A DNA stretch of 64,000 nucleotides from Acidimicrobiia bacterium (GTDB taxonomy: Bacteria; Actinomycetota; Acidimicrobiia; Spongiisociales; ZC4RG35). The notes below the pieces were generated by a model. That model did no database searches. It saw only the letters and a program-made list of their open reading frames with translations, and was not told where the DNA came from. Made by a program: the position numbers and the translations under genes. The DNA lies in NCBI GenBank assembly GCA_028284765.1, contig JANQRA010000023.1:96694-160693 (forward strand), in the 5' to 3' direction. This document shows, one piece after another, positions 63,608 to 64,000 of the stretch (position 1 is its first letter; each line of letters opens with the position of its first letter).

Positions 63608-64000
63608 GCATCCCGTTCTACGTCGCCCCCGAACAGCTCGTTCGCGACAAGGCCGAGTTTGCTCGCAAGGGCATCGCGCGTGGTCGATCGATTGTCGCCA
63701 TCGACTACGCAGATGGCGTTCTTCTCATGGCCGAGAACCCATCCAGCGCACTCCGCAAGATCTCCGAGGTCTATGACAGGATCGCGTTCGCTGGTGTAGG
63801 GAAATACAACGAGTTCGAGACGCTGCGCAAGGCAGGCATCCGCCAGGCGGACCTCATGGGATATCTCTATTCACGCGAGGATGTGACTGCGATGGGGCTG
63901 GCCACGGCCTTTGCGCAGACACTGGGCATGATCTTCACCCGAGACCCCAAACCATTTGAAGTTGAAGTGCTTCTTGCCGAACTCTCCGAAGACGGGACCG
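63604..64000 (+). CDS. prcA: 20S proteasome alpha subunit (3' end beyond window)
   Basis: ATG 63604 forms an ATGA overlap with the prcB stop. Hand translation: [29 protein letters not shown]...[16 protein letters not shown]. Confidence 0.9.
   Translation, partial: MSIPFYVAPEQLVRDKAEFARKGIARGRSIVAIDYADGVLLMAENPSSALRKISEVYDRIAFAGVGKYNEFETLRKAGIRQADLMGYLYSREDVTAMGLATAFAQTLGMIFTRDPKPFEVEVLLAELSEDGT

Noticed and set aside
1-64000. Looked for CRISPR arrays, transposases/IS elements, integrases, rRNA, toxin-antitoxin pairs and known defence-system genes
   Set aside because: No direct-repeat arrays, no DDE/tyrosine/serine recombinase motifs and no recognisable defence-protein signatures were found in any frame.

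Overview
High-GC (~58%) actinobacterial-type chromosome segment, possibly class Acidimicrobiia (low-confidence guess). No mobile elements, CRISPR arrays or rRNA were seen. The conserved housekeeping backbone runs polA, rpsA, coaE, uvrB, uvrA, uvrC-rapZ-yvcK, pgk-tpiA-gpmA-secG, tRNA-Leu, trmI, and arc-dop-pup-prcB-prcA. Accessory cell-surface modules are wedged into it. (1) 5.7-16.2 kb holds a Tad/Flp pilus operon: cpaB, cpaE/tadZ, cpaF, a VWA::TadB fusion, tadC and a coupled polytopic membrane protein. Next to it are two 57-aa Flp prepilin genes that the ORF track misses, a NarL-type two-component system and a perfect 7-2-7 palindrome. (2) 16.8-30.4 kb holds four diverged paralogues of a membrane-anchored alkaline-phosphatase-superfamily transferase, two with a small AYLDxGxGS peptide partner. 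They surround a coupled phosphonate operon: TagD-like cytidylyltransferase::PEP mutase fusion, phosphonopyruvate decarboxylase, iron alcohol dehydrogenase and a TagF-like transferase. (3) 30.4-44 kb holds glycan genes around uvrA: a GT2::methyltransferase fusion, three paralogous polytopic membrane proteins, UDP-xylose synthase, a methyltransferase, a GtrB-like GT2, a pyruvyl transferase with an FrhB-like partner, and a UPF0104 membrane protein. The best candidate for an undescribed system is the phosphonate operon that uses teichoic-acid-type enzymes, together with its transferase paralogues. Other points worth a look are a tRNA-Leu whose hand-folded anticodon is AAG, an orphan 720-aa bitopic protein beside a DM13 protein, and the absence of whiA and gap between yvcK and pgk. 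All calls rest on reading the translations and motifs by eye; no searches were run.
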